From IMG/VR virus record IMGVR_UViG_3300025121_000022: a stretch of 57,904 nucleotides of DNA. The stretch is one strand, 5' to 3'. The stretch is from an uncultured virus (IMG/VR IMGVR_UViG_3300025121_000022) (Duplodnaviria > Heunggongvirae > Uroviricota > Caudoviricetes). Below, piece after piece: positions 1 through 9,383 of this stretch. The position numbers and the translations under genes are program-made. The notes beneath the pieces were generated by a model, which had not been told where the DNA came from, made no database searches, and saw nothing but the letters and a program-made list of their open reading frames with translations. The number at the start of each line of letters is the position of its first letter. The first letter of the stretch is position 1.

Positions 1-42
1 CTCTAGTTCTTGCTTTGCTTCTTGCTTAGACTTAGGGATCAA
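1..42 (-). CDS. 5' end of a gene running off the window (MIPKSKQEAKQELE...), product undetermined
   Basis: A TTG overlaps the TGA of ORF 39..524 (TTGA) and the frame is open to position 1. Only 14 codons are visible. Confidence 0.3.
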   Translation of the reverse strand, partial: MIPKSKQEAKQELE

Positions 43-524
43 TCAGAAAAGGGTTTCCTTTTGTTCTCGTGAATAAATTTCGCAAGAGACTCATCAATCT
101 TTCTACCATATTCTGGAACTTCTTCTGTCTCTGTACCAGAAATCTCATAAACTCTCTGGGCTTGCACCCAAGAGCGTAGACGAGAAAGACTTTGAACTAA
201 GGGGTTTTCTTTTGTCACAAGCTTTAGAGCAATGCTCTTGCCTGTAATGTCTTTATATTCTTTTTTGAGAAATTTTAGAATGTCATCAAATTTATCTGAG
301 ACTTCTTTAAGAAATTTCTCTCTCTCGGAAACTTCATCAAGAGTCACTTCCGATTGAAGCTTTACCAGCATCTTGTTACCGGAAAAAGAAACCCGGAACC
401 CATCATTTTTTCCACCGATGGGAAGGTCTTCTCTCACTTCACCTTTTTTATTCAAGGCTCCCGGAACAGCATGCGATGCTGCTTGATTTAGTCCCTTCAC
501 AATCTCATAAATATCTTTAGCCAT
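39..524 (-). CDS. hypothetical phage protein
   Basis: 161-aa ORF coupled to its neighbours; no recognised motif. Confidence 0.7.
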   Translation of the reverse strand: MAKDIYEIVKGLNQAASHAVPGALNKKGEVREDLPIGGKNDGFRVSFSGNKMLVKLQSEVTLDEVSEREKFLKEVSDKFDDILKFLKKEYKDITGKSIALKLVTKENPLVQSLSRLRSWVQAQRVYEISGTETEEVPEYGRKIDESLAKFIHENKRKPFSD

Positions 525-898
525 TAGATTTTTCCCTCTCGCAAGATTTTCGAAGCCTTCTTATCAAAACACTCTGCACAAACCTTATACCGAAACAACG
601 TAGGGTCATCTTCGGTAGAAAACGAATGCCTGCCGCACAAACGACAAGTTCTCGCTTCTTTATTAAATAGTTTTCCTTTGACTAAATATCCGTTATTTTC
701 GAGCACTTCGCCCGCTTCTTGTCTTTCTTTCCACTTGTCATACATCTCTTTAATCTGTTGATGATATTCTTCGTCTTTTCCCTCATCCCACTCTCGGAGG
801 CTTTTAATCGCATCTTGGCCGTATTTCTTGGCAATTTCCTGCTCAAGTTTAAAAAGATAATGAGGGTCTTTTTTAAGCTTTTCGTGGATAATCGACAT
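524..898 (-). CDS. hypothetical protein with C-terminal Zn finger (CRLC...CAEC)
   Basis: The likely start MSIIHEK at 898 overlaps the upstream stop (TAATG); two CxxC pairs. The ORF track extends it to 979. Confidence 0.65.
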   Translation of the reverse strand: MSIIHEKLKKDPHYLFKLEQEIAKKYGQDAIKSLREWDEGKDEEYHQQIKEMYDKWKERQEAGEVLENNGYLVKGKLFNKEARTCRLCGRHSFSTEDDPTLFRYKVCAECFDKKASKILREGKI

Positions 899-1335
899 TA
901 ATTTTGCGCAGTTTGTACAGCCGCCCAGAATATTGCCACAGACGTGATCACCCCGACCATGGTCCCACCCGCAAACCAAGCGTAGGAATAATCTGTTGGC
1001 GCTTTCGATATAATATCATTTAACTTTACAATTTCTTTTTCTTTAACATCCGAAACGAGATCTCTTTCTTTTTTAAGAGATTCAACCTCTATTTTCAAAG
1101 TATCTATCTCGAACTGCTTCTGCTTAAGTTCTTTATCCATTTCAAGCTTTATTTCTAGTTCCCTTTTCGAGATTTCATAGTTTTTATCAACAGACATCTT
1201 AATTACTGCCTCTTTAGACATCAAATAGCCTTCAAACGGAGCTGCTTCCCCTTTTTTCAAAATAGTAAAAACAGGGTCGGTCTGACCCATAGCCAAAGAC
1301 GAAACAAATAAGCTCAAAAAAACAATCTTACTCAT
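898..1335 (-). CDS. secreted/membrane coiled-coil protein, possible lysis (spanin-like) component
   Basis: N-terminal signal-like segment, central coiled coil and C-terminal hydrophobic helix (WFAGGTMVGVITSVAIFWA); no lipobox Cys. Confidence 0.45.
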   Translation of the reverse strand: MSKIVFLSLFVSSLAMGQTDPVFTILKKGEAAPFEGYLMSKEAVIKMSVDKNYEISKRELEIKLEMDKELKQKQFEIDTLKIEVESLKKERDLVSDVKEKEIVKLNDIISKAPTDYSYAWFAGGTMVGVITSVAIFWAAVQTAQN

Positions 1336-1724
1336 TTGTCCACCCTTTTCACGTAAACCAAGCCGAATTCCTTTTGAAGGTACTTTGCCAGCTCTTCTTC
1401 CGACTTCTCAGACATCTCCTTAATTTCTTTTTGTTTGCCTTCGTCCAACTTCTTTACATCAACTTTAGCCTTTTCCTCTAGCGTCTTAACAACAGCAGAA
1501 TATTGCTGTTCTACTTTTTCTTTCTTCTCTCGTTTTTGTTTATCAAGATCGTTAAGCTGCGCTCGCTCCCTCTTGTAGGAATCGTGAGCTTCCTTCACAG
1601 CAACCCACAAATCTTTTGCTGTTTCCCTCGAAACAACGCCGACAACAACAATAAGAACAGCAATCAGTGGAACATACCAATAGCTTTTCAAAAAAACCCA
1701 AACTTTTTGTAAAACTGCTTCCAC
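1332..1724 (-). CDS. N-terminally anchored coiled-coil membrane protein (i-spanin-like)
   Basis: TM helix VPLIAVLIVVVGVV followed by a charged coiled coil. Confidence 0.45.
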   Translation of the reverse strand: MEAVLQKVWVFLKSYWYVPLIAVLIVVVGVVSRETAKDLWVAVKEAHDSYKRERAQLNDLDKQKREKKEKVEQQYSAVVKTLEEKAKVDVKKLDEGKQKEIKEMSEKSEEELAKYLQKEFGLVYVKRVDK

Positions 1725-1725
1725 T

Positions 1726-4700
1726 TTATACCTCTATGTGAGCATAACCATCAATTTTATCAATTGAGATTTGATGATCAACAACATCCTTAAGCTCTTG
1801 AATGTGTGTAATCAAAAGAACAATGTCAAACTGTTCCTTCAACAACTCAAATACCTTTGAAAACTCATTCAAGTTTTCTGAGTCCAAAGACACCAACGGT
1901 TCATCCATAATAAAGAAGTTTGGCTGCGGCAAAGAAGAAGACTTTATCAAAGCCAATCTAATTGCCAAGCTTGCCAACGTCTTTTCCATTCCAGAAGCCA
2001 TTTCTATCAACCTGGCCGAATATTTCGGATACTGTATGTAAACCTCTAGCCTATCGTCCTCTGTCGCCAGAATAACATTGAATTTAACAATATTAGACAA
2101 GATTTTGTTTATTTCTTCATTTATTGTTGGCAAAGTTTCTCGGATGATGTCATAGCTAATCCCGTTAACGTGCATACTCTCAAGATAATACTCACAAATC
2201 GCGTACTTATCTCTTGCCGCTCTCAATTCTACCCAACCTTGCTCCAAACTCTTTAATTTTTGTTCCTCTGAGCCTCTTTCTCGGTATAGGGCCGTAAGCT
2301 TCTTGTTCTCTTCTTCCAGCTTCTCAGCATTCTTCTTCTTTTTTAGCTCGATTTCGGTCTTTTTCTTCGTTTTTTCTTTAATTTTCAGAAATAATTCTTT
2401 GTTCTCTTGGAATTTCTTTGATTCTGCTTCATTCTTCTCTATTTTAGAATCAATTTCGTGGATTTTTAAATCATATTTGGCGACTCTCGCCACAAATTCC
2501 GATATATCCTTGTCCAAAGAGTGTTTCTTGATCGTATTCTTGTTAATTTCTTCCAGAAAACCCTGGCATTTGCGAAGATTATCATCTATTCCTTGGGCCA
2601 TAAGCTCTGCGATCTGCTTATCCAAAACAGATAGACCACTCTTGAGTCTCAGAAGCTCTTCTCTTGCGCTATAAGCATCTGTCTTAAATTTGCATTCTTT
2701 AAAAGACTCTCCGCAAGGTACTTCTGTCAAAAGCCGTTCTCTTTTTTCGCATTTTGAAATGTCTTTTATAACGTGTTCTTTGTCTTTCTCGCAGGCTTGA
2801 AGCTGGGTCTTTTGTGAACGTAATAGAACAATCTCATTCTCATACAACCCCTTGTCTTTCATCGACAAAAAGGCTTCCAATACGCTCTTTTCTTTTTGTT
2901 TCTTCTCTATTAGTCTTGTTGTTTCCTCTCTAGATTTCACCAGCGCCGTTCTTTCTTCCACAAGAGACAGAACCTCCTGCTCCAACCCCTCTCCGTTTAT
3001 AACCTCTGACGATACAGAAGAAACAAAAGCATCTATTTCAGCTATCTGCCTTGAACATACCTCCAGCATTCTGTTATGCTCTGTCGTCAAAGAAATAATG
3101 TTTTCCGATTCGTCAAGATTAGAAGACAACTTTCTTTTTGTCTCCTCTATCTCCTCGCCAAAATTACGACCTTCGTTCTTTTTAATGTGGGACTTTAGTT
3201 CCTGGCTATCATCCTTACAAGCCTCATACTTCTTCTTCAAAAAGTCAAGGTCCAAGAACTTATTTAATATGTCTTTTCTCTTTGTTGATCCTTCTTTTAT
3301 AAAGGTAAGAAATTCGAACTGAGATGAATAAGAAGTCAACATGAAGTCTTCAAGTGTTCCAAAATATCTTCTTATGTGTTTATCGGTTTCAACACGAGAC
3401 TTTTCTATCAGAGTGTTAAACTCTTCATCCTTGGCCTCGCAAATAAACTCAACCGTCGTCTTCGCCTCTTTGTCTTCTTCGGACTTCTTAACGATATTCC
3501 TATTAATCAAAAAGGTCTTATCGTCAACATCTATGGCACAAGAGGCACGACCTGTTGTTTTGTTTTGGTTGACAATGTTATAGGACTTTCTACTGTTTTT
3601 AGATATGTTGTTAAACACAGCATATAATAAAGCCTCTGTTGCAGATGTCTTTCCTGATCTGTTTCCTGCAATAAGTCCAACGACCCCCTTTAACTTGTCA
3701 AAATCAATATAATTACCCTCAGAGTAGTTAAACAAATTGTCCCATTCGAGTCTTCTTAGTTTCCATCGTATTCCTCGTACAACTTCATCTTCGTCGCTAA
3801 ACGAATTGTAACCTCTGTTCAAATCTAGAACTTTTTTTATGTTCTCTTCCGGAACTTTCTTTTTCTCCAAGAAGCGATTAATAAACTTCTCTTGCACCGC
3901 CAAATCCCTAATGTTTTCAGAAAAAGCGGAGCCTTTCTTAATAGAGAATTTGATCGCTTCCGATTTACCATTGGAGGTAATAATAGAAAACGGCTTATAC
4001 TCTTGTTTAATAAAGTCTATAATCTCTTTAAACTCATTGCTGGGGATTCTCTCATCAGAGGAGACTTTAAGTCTCGAGTTTTCTTTCAAAGAAAGCTTCG
4101 GCATCTTGCCGCGAGTTACCATAACAGAAACAAACGGCTTGGGATTAGGTACAATAATGTGCTTTACAGAAAACTTTCTTTTGTCTTCGATATCCCAAAG
4201 AAGATATCCCTTATTGTCCTGCTCTCCAAAGTTCTGCTGCACAGTTGAACCAACGTATCTAAATCTACCATCTGCTTCAAGACAATAATTAGAAGCGTGG
4301 ATGTCCCCAAAGAAGCCATAATCGAAGTTTTTAAGGTCGTCTATCTCTATGTCACCATCTTTTAAATAATGGCCCAACTCAGTACAAGAACCCTTTACTA
4401 CACCGTGGAATAAAGCAACGTTAATCAAGTCAGGATTTGAAGGTTCCGGCCTCCAATTCTCCGGATCGCAAATAGAGAACACGTTTAGCGCAACCTTATT
4501 TTGCAAAAAAATCTCTTGCGAATATTTTAGAACTCTTAGATTCTTTTTACCCAAAGCACTAACAATAGGAGAAATGGAATCCTGTCGAGAAGGATTCTTA
4601 ATGTTGTAATCGTGGTTGCCAACTATCACAAATGTTTCTGCAATGTCGGACAGAGAAGAAAGAAAGTTAGCTGCAATTTCAATTGCTTCAGGACTGATTT

Positions 4701-4851
4701 GATTCTTTGTATGAAGAAGATCCCCAAGATGAACAATGTAATCTGGTTTTTCTTCTCTCAAAGAAGCATAGATTTTTTCAAAAACTTCTTGGTATTCTTC
4801 AAAAAACTTAAAGTTATGAATGTGCGTATCAGCCAATGTCGCTACTTTCAT
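1726..4851 (-). CDS. fused SbcD/Mre11 nuclease - SbcC/Rad50 ATPase (gp47-gp46-like)
   Basis: Metallophosphoesterase motifs DTH, GDLLH, GNHD, GDIH; Walker A GNRSGKTS; long coiled coil; signature SGMEK; Walker B FIMDE; D-loop SLD; H-loop ITH. Confidence 0.92.
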   Translation of the reverse strand: MKVATLADTHIHNFKFFEEYQEVFEKIYASLREEKPDYIVHLGDLLHTKNQISPEAIEIAANFLSSLSDIAETFVIVGNHDYNIKNPSRQDSISPIVSALGKKNLRVLKYSQEIFLQNKVALNVFSICDPENWRPEPSNPDLINVALFHGVVKGSCTELGHYLKDGDIEIDDLKNFDYGFFGDIHASNYCLEADGRFRYVGSTVQQNFGEQDNKGYLLWDIEDKRKFSVKHIIVPNPKPFVSVMVTRGKMPKLSLKENSRLKVSSDERIPSNEFKEIIDFIKQEYKPFSIITSNGKSEAIKFSIKKGSAFSENIRDLAVQEKFINRFLEKKKVPEENIKKVLDLNRGYNSFSDEDEVVRGIRWKLRRLEWDNLFNYSEGNYIDFDKLKGVVGLIAGNRSGKTSATEALLYAVFNNISKNSRKSYNIVNQNKTTGRASCAIDVDDKTFLINRNIVKKSEEDKEAKTTVEFICEAKDEEFNTLIEKSRVETDKHIRRYFGTLEDFMLTSYSSQFEFLTFIKEGSTKRKDILNKFLDLDFLKKKYEACKDDSQELKSHIKKNEGRNFGEEIEETKRKLSSNLDESENIISLTTEHNRMLEVCSRQIAEIDAFVSSVSSEVINGEGLEQEVLSLVEERTALVKSREETTRLIEKKQKEKSVLEAFLSMKDKGLYENEIVLLRSQKTQLQACEKDKEHVIKDISKCEKRERLLTEVPCGESFKECKFKTDAYSAREELLRLKSGLSVLDKQIAELMAQGIDDNLRKCQGFLEEINKNTIKKHSLDKDISEFVARVAKYDLKIHEIDSKIEKNEAESKKFQENKELFLKIKEKTKKKTEIELKKKKNAEKLEEENKKLTALYRERGSEEQKLKSLEQGWVELRAARDKYAICEYYLESMHVNGISYDIIRETLPTINEEINKILSNIVKFNVILATEDDRLEVYIQYPKYSARLIEMASGMEKTLASLAIRLALIKSSSLPQPNFFIMDEPLVSLDSENLNEFSKVFELLKEQFDIVLLITHIQELKDVVDHQISIDKIDGYAHIEV

Positions 4852-5793
4852 TTAAACGCCTTTTATTGCCCTTTCTAAATAATAAACGTCGTCAATAATA
4901 AAAGATTTTTCTTTCTTTTCAATGAAAGACATCTTTGTCATATCTCCTGGGTCTTTATACCCCGAAATATCAATCTTTTTGACTTCGATTCCGTGCCTCT
5001 TTAAAAGAAGATTATTGTTTTTTTCTTTTTCCTCCGCATCTGGATCTAAAGCCGAATAAACAAACGGAACCTTTTCTTTTAATAGCTTTTTAAAAATCGC
5101 ATAATCTTCTCTCAAGTAAGAGCCAAGAAGAGGAACAGAATTGTTCCCGGCTTTTATCGCATCGAATACCCCCTCTACTAAAACAATTGGCTTTGTATAA
5201 TCAAGATAAAGTTCATTAAAAATGATCTTCTTTTTCTTTATCTCTGGCATCGTATAAACAGGCCACGGCTTCCTATTGTATGCTCTGGCAACAAACGTAT
5301 TAAGTTTGCCGTCTTTATCAAATGAAGGAAATATGATTCTGTTGGCGTATTCCCCCTCTTTACAGTACCCAATCTTATAAAAGCAGATGTCTTTTTCTGT
5401 TATTCCGCGAGAGGACAAATATTTTCTTGGCTCTTGGGAATTCAAATTCCCAATAAGGGAAATATATTCTTCGGGAAGAAACACTTCTTTTTCTTTTTCT
5501 TCTTCTTTCCCAAAAAACTCTTCCCACAAATCAAAATCTAATGACCCTCCAGATAGACCTTCCCATTTTTGTCGATTTGCTGCATCGCCAAATCTCCAAA
5601 CAAGCTTTTCTACAGAATGCCCAGATTTTTCACACTTCCAACAATGAAACTTGCCGCTTTCAATGTTGATTGCAAATTTCTTTCTATAGTGTTCGCAATA
5701 TGGACAATAAAAATATAGCTCTGTGCCTCTTTTTTTTAAGTCGTATTCGCCTAAAACGTTTTTAAGAATTTCTATTTGTTGAGAGGAGAGCAT
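4852..5793 (-). CDS. DNA primase (Zn finger + Toprim)
   Basis: CPYC...CWKC Zn ribbon; YLSSRGI, RIIFP; Toprim motifs VEGVFDAI and LDPD; KDPGD. Confidence 0.9.
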   Translation of the reverse strand: MLSSQQIEILKNVLGEYDLKKRGTELYFYCPYCEHYRKKFAINIESGKFHCWKCEKSGHSVEKLVWRFGDAANRQKWEGLSGGSLDFDLWEEFFGKEEEKEKEVFLPEEYISLIGNLNSQEPRKYLSSRGITEKDICFYKIGYCKEGEYANRIIFPSFDKDGKLNTFVARAYNRKPWPVYTMPEIKKKKIIFNELYLDYTKPIVLVEGVFDAIKAGNNSVPLLGSYLREDYAIFKKLLKEKVPFVYSALDPDAEEKEKNNNLLLKRHGIEVKKIDISGYKDPGDMTKMSFIEKKEKSFIIDDVYYLERAIKGV

Positions 5794-6296
5794 TCTTTTA
5801 AACCCGCTCTTGCCATAATCAAAGCGTCACACCTATCGTAGGTGCCTGGTTCCGGATTGCCCTTCGCTGTTTCTTTATAAGAAAACCAAGATTCTTTTTT
5901 GATTAAATCAAATACCTTCTCTTTTCCGTTTTCTCCTCTTTTAACCTTTACTCCGCACAGGCTTCTTGCTCTTGAGGGAGTAAGCTTTTCTACTCTTTTA
6001 AAATACATGTGAGAAATATAAGTAATCATCCCGTTAAATTGAGATAAAATACGCAGAGTCTGTGCAGAAGACTTACCAAAAGAAAACTTCTTTGCACAAT
6101 CTTCGATATAAACTATACAATCGCCTTTGTATTTCTCGGAAAGTTTATCTATTTGGTCGTGAATAAAGTCTGCTTTTTTTTCAAGACCCTCTAGCTTCTC
6201 GGTTCTCCAAGCCGCTGATTCTAATACGTCACCATTCTCATCTAGTACAGCACATCCAGTAATAGATGTACTTACATCAAGACCTATAATTTTCAT
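5772..6296 (-). CDS. RuvC-like Holliday junction resolvase
   Basis: IIGLDVSTSITG, YIED and C-terminal DRCDA give the RNase H-fold acidic residues. Confidence 0.82.
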   Translation of the reverse strand: MKIIGLDVSTSITGCAVLDENGDVLESAAWRTEKLEGLEKKADFIHDQIDKLSEKYKGDCIVYIEDCAKKFSFGKSSAQTLRILSQFNGMITYISHMYFKRVEKLTPSRARSLCGVKVKRGENGKEKVFDLIKKESWFSYKETAKGNPEPGTYDRCDALIMARAGLKECSPLNK

Positions 6297-6308
6297 TTTT
6301 TCTCTTTC

Positions 6309-6749
6309 TTATTTCAAAACCTCTTGGAGGTCTTGGTTGGCCATGGCTGTAGCAACACGAAGAGTCAGATTTTGAATTTGTCCAGCAAGACCTTGTAGTT
6401 TCTTTTTCCCTGCTGATTTTAAACTCTGCCGCATTCTACTTTCAAAGGTGCTTAGTTTGTTTAAATCAGAGCCGTCTTCTGGAAACTCTGGGTATTTATC
6501 TAGACCCATCTGTTCCCCGTTTTCATAGACATACATCATTACGTTGTCATAGAATTCATTCTGATCATCAAGAATACCTTCGTAATATTCCTGAATTTTC
6601 TCATTCATCACCGCCTGATTCCGATCAATTTCTCTTCCCGGAGGAGCATCTTGTTCCAACAACTTGTTAAGACCAAGGTTTTCGGAAATAATCTCTCGAT
6701 ACATTTCCTTAATTTGCTCACGGATATCATCACCTGACATTTTATTCAC
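6309..6749 (-). CDS. hypothetical protein with 'IREQIKE...IISE' leader (possible internal head protein)
   Basis: 146-aa ORF with AGGAG RBS; leader shared with neighbouring genes. Confidence 0.6.
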   Translation of the reverse strand: MNKMSGDDIREQIKEMYREIISENLGLNKLLEQDAPPGREIDRNQAVMNEKIQEYYEGILDDQNEFYDNVMMYVYENGEQMGLDKYPEFPEDGSDLNKLSTFESRMRQSLKSAGKKKLQGLAGQIQNLTLRVATAMANQDLQEVLK

Positions 6750-6757
6750 TTTCTCCT

Positions 6758-8092
6758 TTATTTCGTCTTTCCTAGACGAAACTTGTTAAATGCTTCAATA
6801 TCTGCTGTATATTTTTTAATCACTCTCCAAAGAGGAACTGTAAACTCTCTCTGCTCTTTATAGTATTCTTCTTCGTTTTTTTTCTTATAAACAGACTCTA
6901 AATACTTGACCCAATCTTCTCCAGTCCACGCACTAATCTTCGGCCACCCCTCCTCAACGACCTTCCTAAGCACCAAAGAGTTTAATTTTACTCCCTCTTG
7001 CCCGAAATTGTGCATATCAAAAGAGGTATATTGAATAAGGTCTTGAACATATTGAACAACTGCCCACTCAATCTCTTCGGGAGTTGCCTTTTTAAAGCGC
7101 CCCTCTGTTCCTTCCTCGTCGGGAGGAATCTCTTTTATCTTTCCATTTTGGACCTGAGCAATAAACTTTTTAATTGGCGTCTCGGGAGTTTCTCCGCTCT
7201 CAAATGGACGAACAGGATAAATAACACCAGTTATCATCCTTGGTTGTATTTCTTTTCTTACAACAGATTGGAAATGAGTGTTCTTATCCCAAGCATCAGA
7301 GTCGTCCAAATCTCGTTCAAGCTCTTTAAGAGGAAGTTCCAAGACAAAAATAATCGCTTCTCCACCAGCCTTTTCAACTGGCTTTAAAGTATATTCAGCA
7401 GCCCTTCTTATGTTAAAAGAAAAATATGTTCCCGGAGATGTACCTTCCCAGTTTTTTCTCTCTGGGCTAAAAACAAACCCATTCTTTATAATACTCCAAA
7501 AATGTTTGGTTGAAGTTCCATGATAAACAACGGCTGTCTTTTTCCCTTTTCTTAAAGCAGAAATAAGCTCTTCGGCAAAGGGATCGTCAACACTCTCCAG
7601 GTTTGACAAAGCCATTTCATCAACTTTGTGCTTTAATACTTCTTGCAAAATAATTTCTTCCAAAGACAAATGACTAGCTTTTGTGGGAACTTTTTCCCCC
7701 TCTCCGCTCTCGGCCGCTTTATACGCTGTTTTCTTCTTCTCTTTCCCCTTTGACCTCTCGCTCCGCTGCACCGTTTCGTAATAGTTGATTGCGTCGAAGA
7801 CTCTTTCTGCAGATTCGTATTGGTTGATGTCTTTCTTTTCCAGCCGAGGACCAATCTGATCAAACTTGAGGAACGCATCCACAACCAGCTCTTTGCTTTC
7901 ATTGCCTTGAAGAGTTCTTTTCAAAGCCCATTCGAGGTATTTCTGTTTGCCTGTTGGATCCTTCGAGGCAAAGAAGTCGATCAGTTCTGTTTGCTCGGGA
8001 ATCTTCTCCTTTAAAGAAGAAACCTTGTCTTCCAATAATGTTCCGGAGCCCTCTAAAATTTCTTGTACAATTTGTTCTACAAGCGACCTCAT
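6758..8092 (-). CDS. multidomain protein with ADP-ribosyltransferase-superfamily (H-Y type) domain
   Basis: VVYHGTS...SIIKNGF...GTYFS...AAEY...IFVLE at about 7330-7545; N-terminal helical DPT...KYLEW...KDINQY domain; leader LVEQIVQEILE. Confidence 0.7.
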   Translation of the reverse strand: MRSLVEQIVQEILEGSGTLLEDKVSSLKEKIPEQTELIDFFASKDPTGKQKYLEWALKRTLQGNESKELVVDAFLKFDQIGPRLEKKDINQYESAERVFDAINYYETVQRSERSKGKEKKKTAYKAAESGEGEKVPTKASHLSLEEIILQEVLKHKVDEMALSNLESVDDPFAEELISALRKGKKTAVVYHGTSTKHFWSIIKNGFVFSPERKNWEGTSPGTYFSFNIRRAAEYTLKPVEKAGGEAIIFVLELPLKELERDLDDSDAWDKNTHFQSVVRKEIQPRMITGVIYPVRPFESGETPETPIKKFIAQVQNGKIKEIPPDEEGTEGRFKKATPEEIEWAVVQYVQDLIQYTSFDMHNFGQEGVKLNSLVLRKVVEEGWPKISAWTGEDWVKYLESVYKKKNEEEYYKEQREFTVPLWRVIKKYTADIEAFNKFRLGKTK

Positions 8093-9379
8093 TTATTTGT
8101 TCTCTCCACGAAGATAATTCTTATACGCCGCAATTCTATTTTGTCGAAGTTTTTCTCCAATCTGCTTCCCAACAAATCCTTGGTCAACAAGTTCTTTTGC
8201 GCTCACCTTTCGGCAAACTTCAAAAGCATTGCGGATAAAATCTCCCTCTTCAAACTCCCGACCCTTATGCGAACGTGCATCGGCCTCGCTAACTCTCAAA
8301 AACTTTTCAAACCTTTCCGGCTTACGAAAAGCGTCGGTTCTATAAAGCAAATCAACAACCTTCTCCGGTCTCATCTTCTTTACAATATGAACCCGCATAT
8401 GATTTTCTGTCGACATCTCAGCCAGATCAGAAAAAGAAGAAGGAACCTTTAATCTTTCGTTTGCCGCCTTAACCAAAGGAATTCCCGCCATCTCATGTCC
8501 ATAATGATGCGGCAAAACATCCTTGGAAGTAGCTCCCTTCCCAAGATCGTGGTTAACAACAGCCCAAATAATCTCAGGATCGCTGGTGATGCTTCTGGCT
8601 GCCCTTACAGCAGCCATCGTGTGCATCCAAGCGTCGTTTTCCCCGTGATATTGCTGCGGCTGCGGAACTCCTCTGAGCTTTGAAAGCTCTGGCATAAACC
8701 TGTCCAAAGCCCCGCACTTTGCCAAGACCTCAAAATATTTATCTGGTCTGTCAGAAGATAGCGCCTTCTCCGTCTCCTTCCAAATCCTCTCCGGAGTTAA
8801 AGAGTCCAGCATTCCCCGACCAACCATGTTGCTCATTAATTCTTCTGTCTCGGGAGCAGCGGAAAAATCAAGTTGCGCTGCAAATCTCGCAACTCGCAGG
8901 ACACGAAGAGGATCTTCTTCAAAAGCTTCCGAAACGTGTCTCAATAGTTTATTTTCTATGTCTTTCTTGCCGCCATATGGATCAACGATATCACCATATT
9001 CCCCAGAAGAAAGCATCATTCTAGCAAGGGCATTAATTGTTAAATCTCTTCTCTCGAGATCTTTTTCAATTGGGATATCTTCCGTATTCGTAGTAAATCC
9101 CTTGTGCCCCTCTCCTGATTTTCTCTCCGAACGAGCAAGGGCGTATTCGTCTCCCGTCTTCGGATGAATAAAAACAGGAAACTCTGCTCCTACTTGCGAA
9201 AACCCAACATCCAACATGTCTTGTGGCGTAGCACCAACAACAACGTAATCCGCATCGTGTGATGCTCTGTTGAGCAACGAATCTCGGACAGAACCGCCGA
9301 CAAGAAAAACCTTAAACTTCTTATAAAAGTCTTCCATTTGCTTCGATTCTTTCAGAAAATGCTGCCACTTCTCAAACAT
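8093..9379 (-). CDS. cca: multifunctional CCA tRNA nucleotidyltransferase with HD phosphohydrolase domain
   Basis: LVGGSVRD, DADYVV, FPVF, EYALAR, DLERRDLTINA, EDPLRVLRVARF, ERIWKE, HTM...HDLGK, HYGHE; closely resembles the E. coli-type class II Cca. Confidence 0.95.
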   Translation of the reverse strand: MFEKWQHFLKESKQMEDFYKKFKVFLVGGSVRDSLLNRASHDADYVVVGATPQDMLDVGFSQVGAEFPVFIHPKTGDEYALARSERKSGEGHKGFTTNTEDIPIEKDLERRDLTINALARMMLSSGEYGDIVDPYGGKKDIENKLLRHVSEAFEEDPLRVLRVARFAAQLDFSAAPETEELMSNMVGRGMLDSLTPERIWKETEKALSSDRPDKYFEVLAKCGALDRFMPELSKLRGVPQPQQYHGENDAWMHTMAAVRAARSITSDPEIIWAVVNHDLGKGATSKDVLPHHYGHEMAGIPLVKAANERLKVPSSFSDLAEMSTENHMRVHIVKKMRPEKVVDLLYRTDAFRKPERFEKFLRVSEADARSHKGREFEEGDFIRNAFEVCRKVSAKELVDQGFVGKQIGEKLRQNRIAAYKNYLRGENK

Positions 9380-9383
9380 TATT

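Noticed and set aside
1..42. Terminase large subunit call for the partial ORF
   Set aside because: Only 14 residues are visible, which is insufficient to assign a product.
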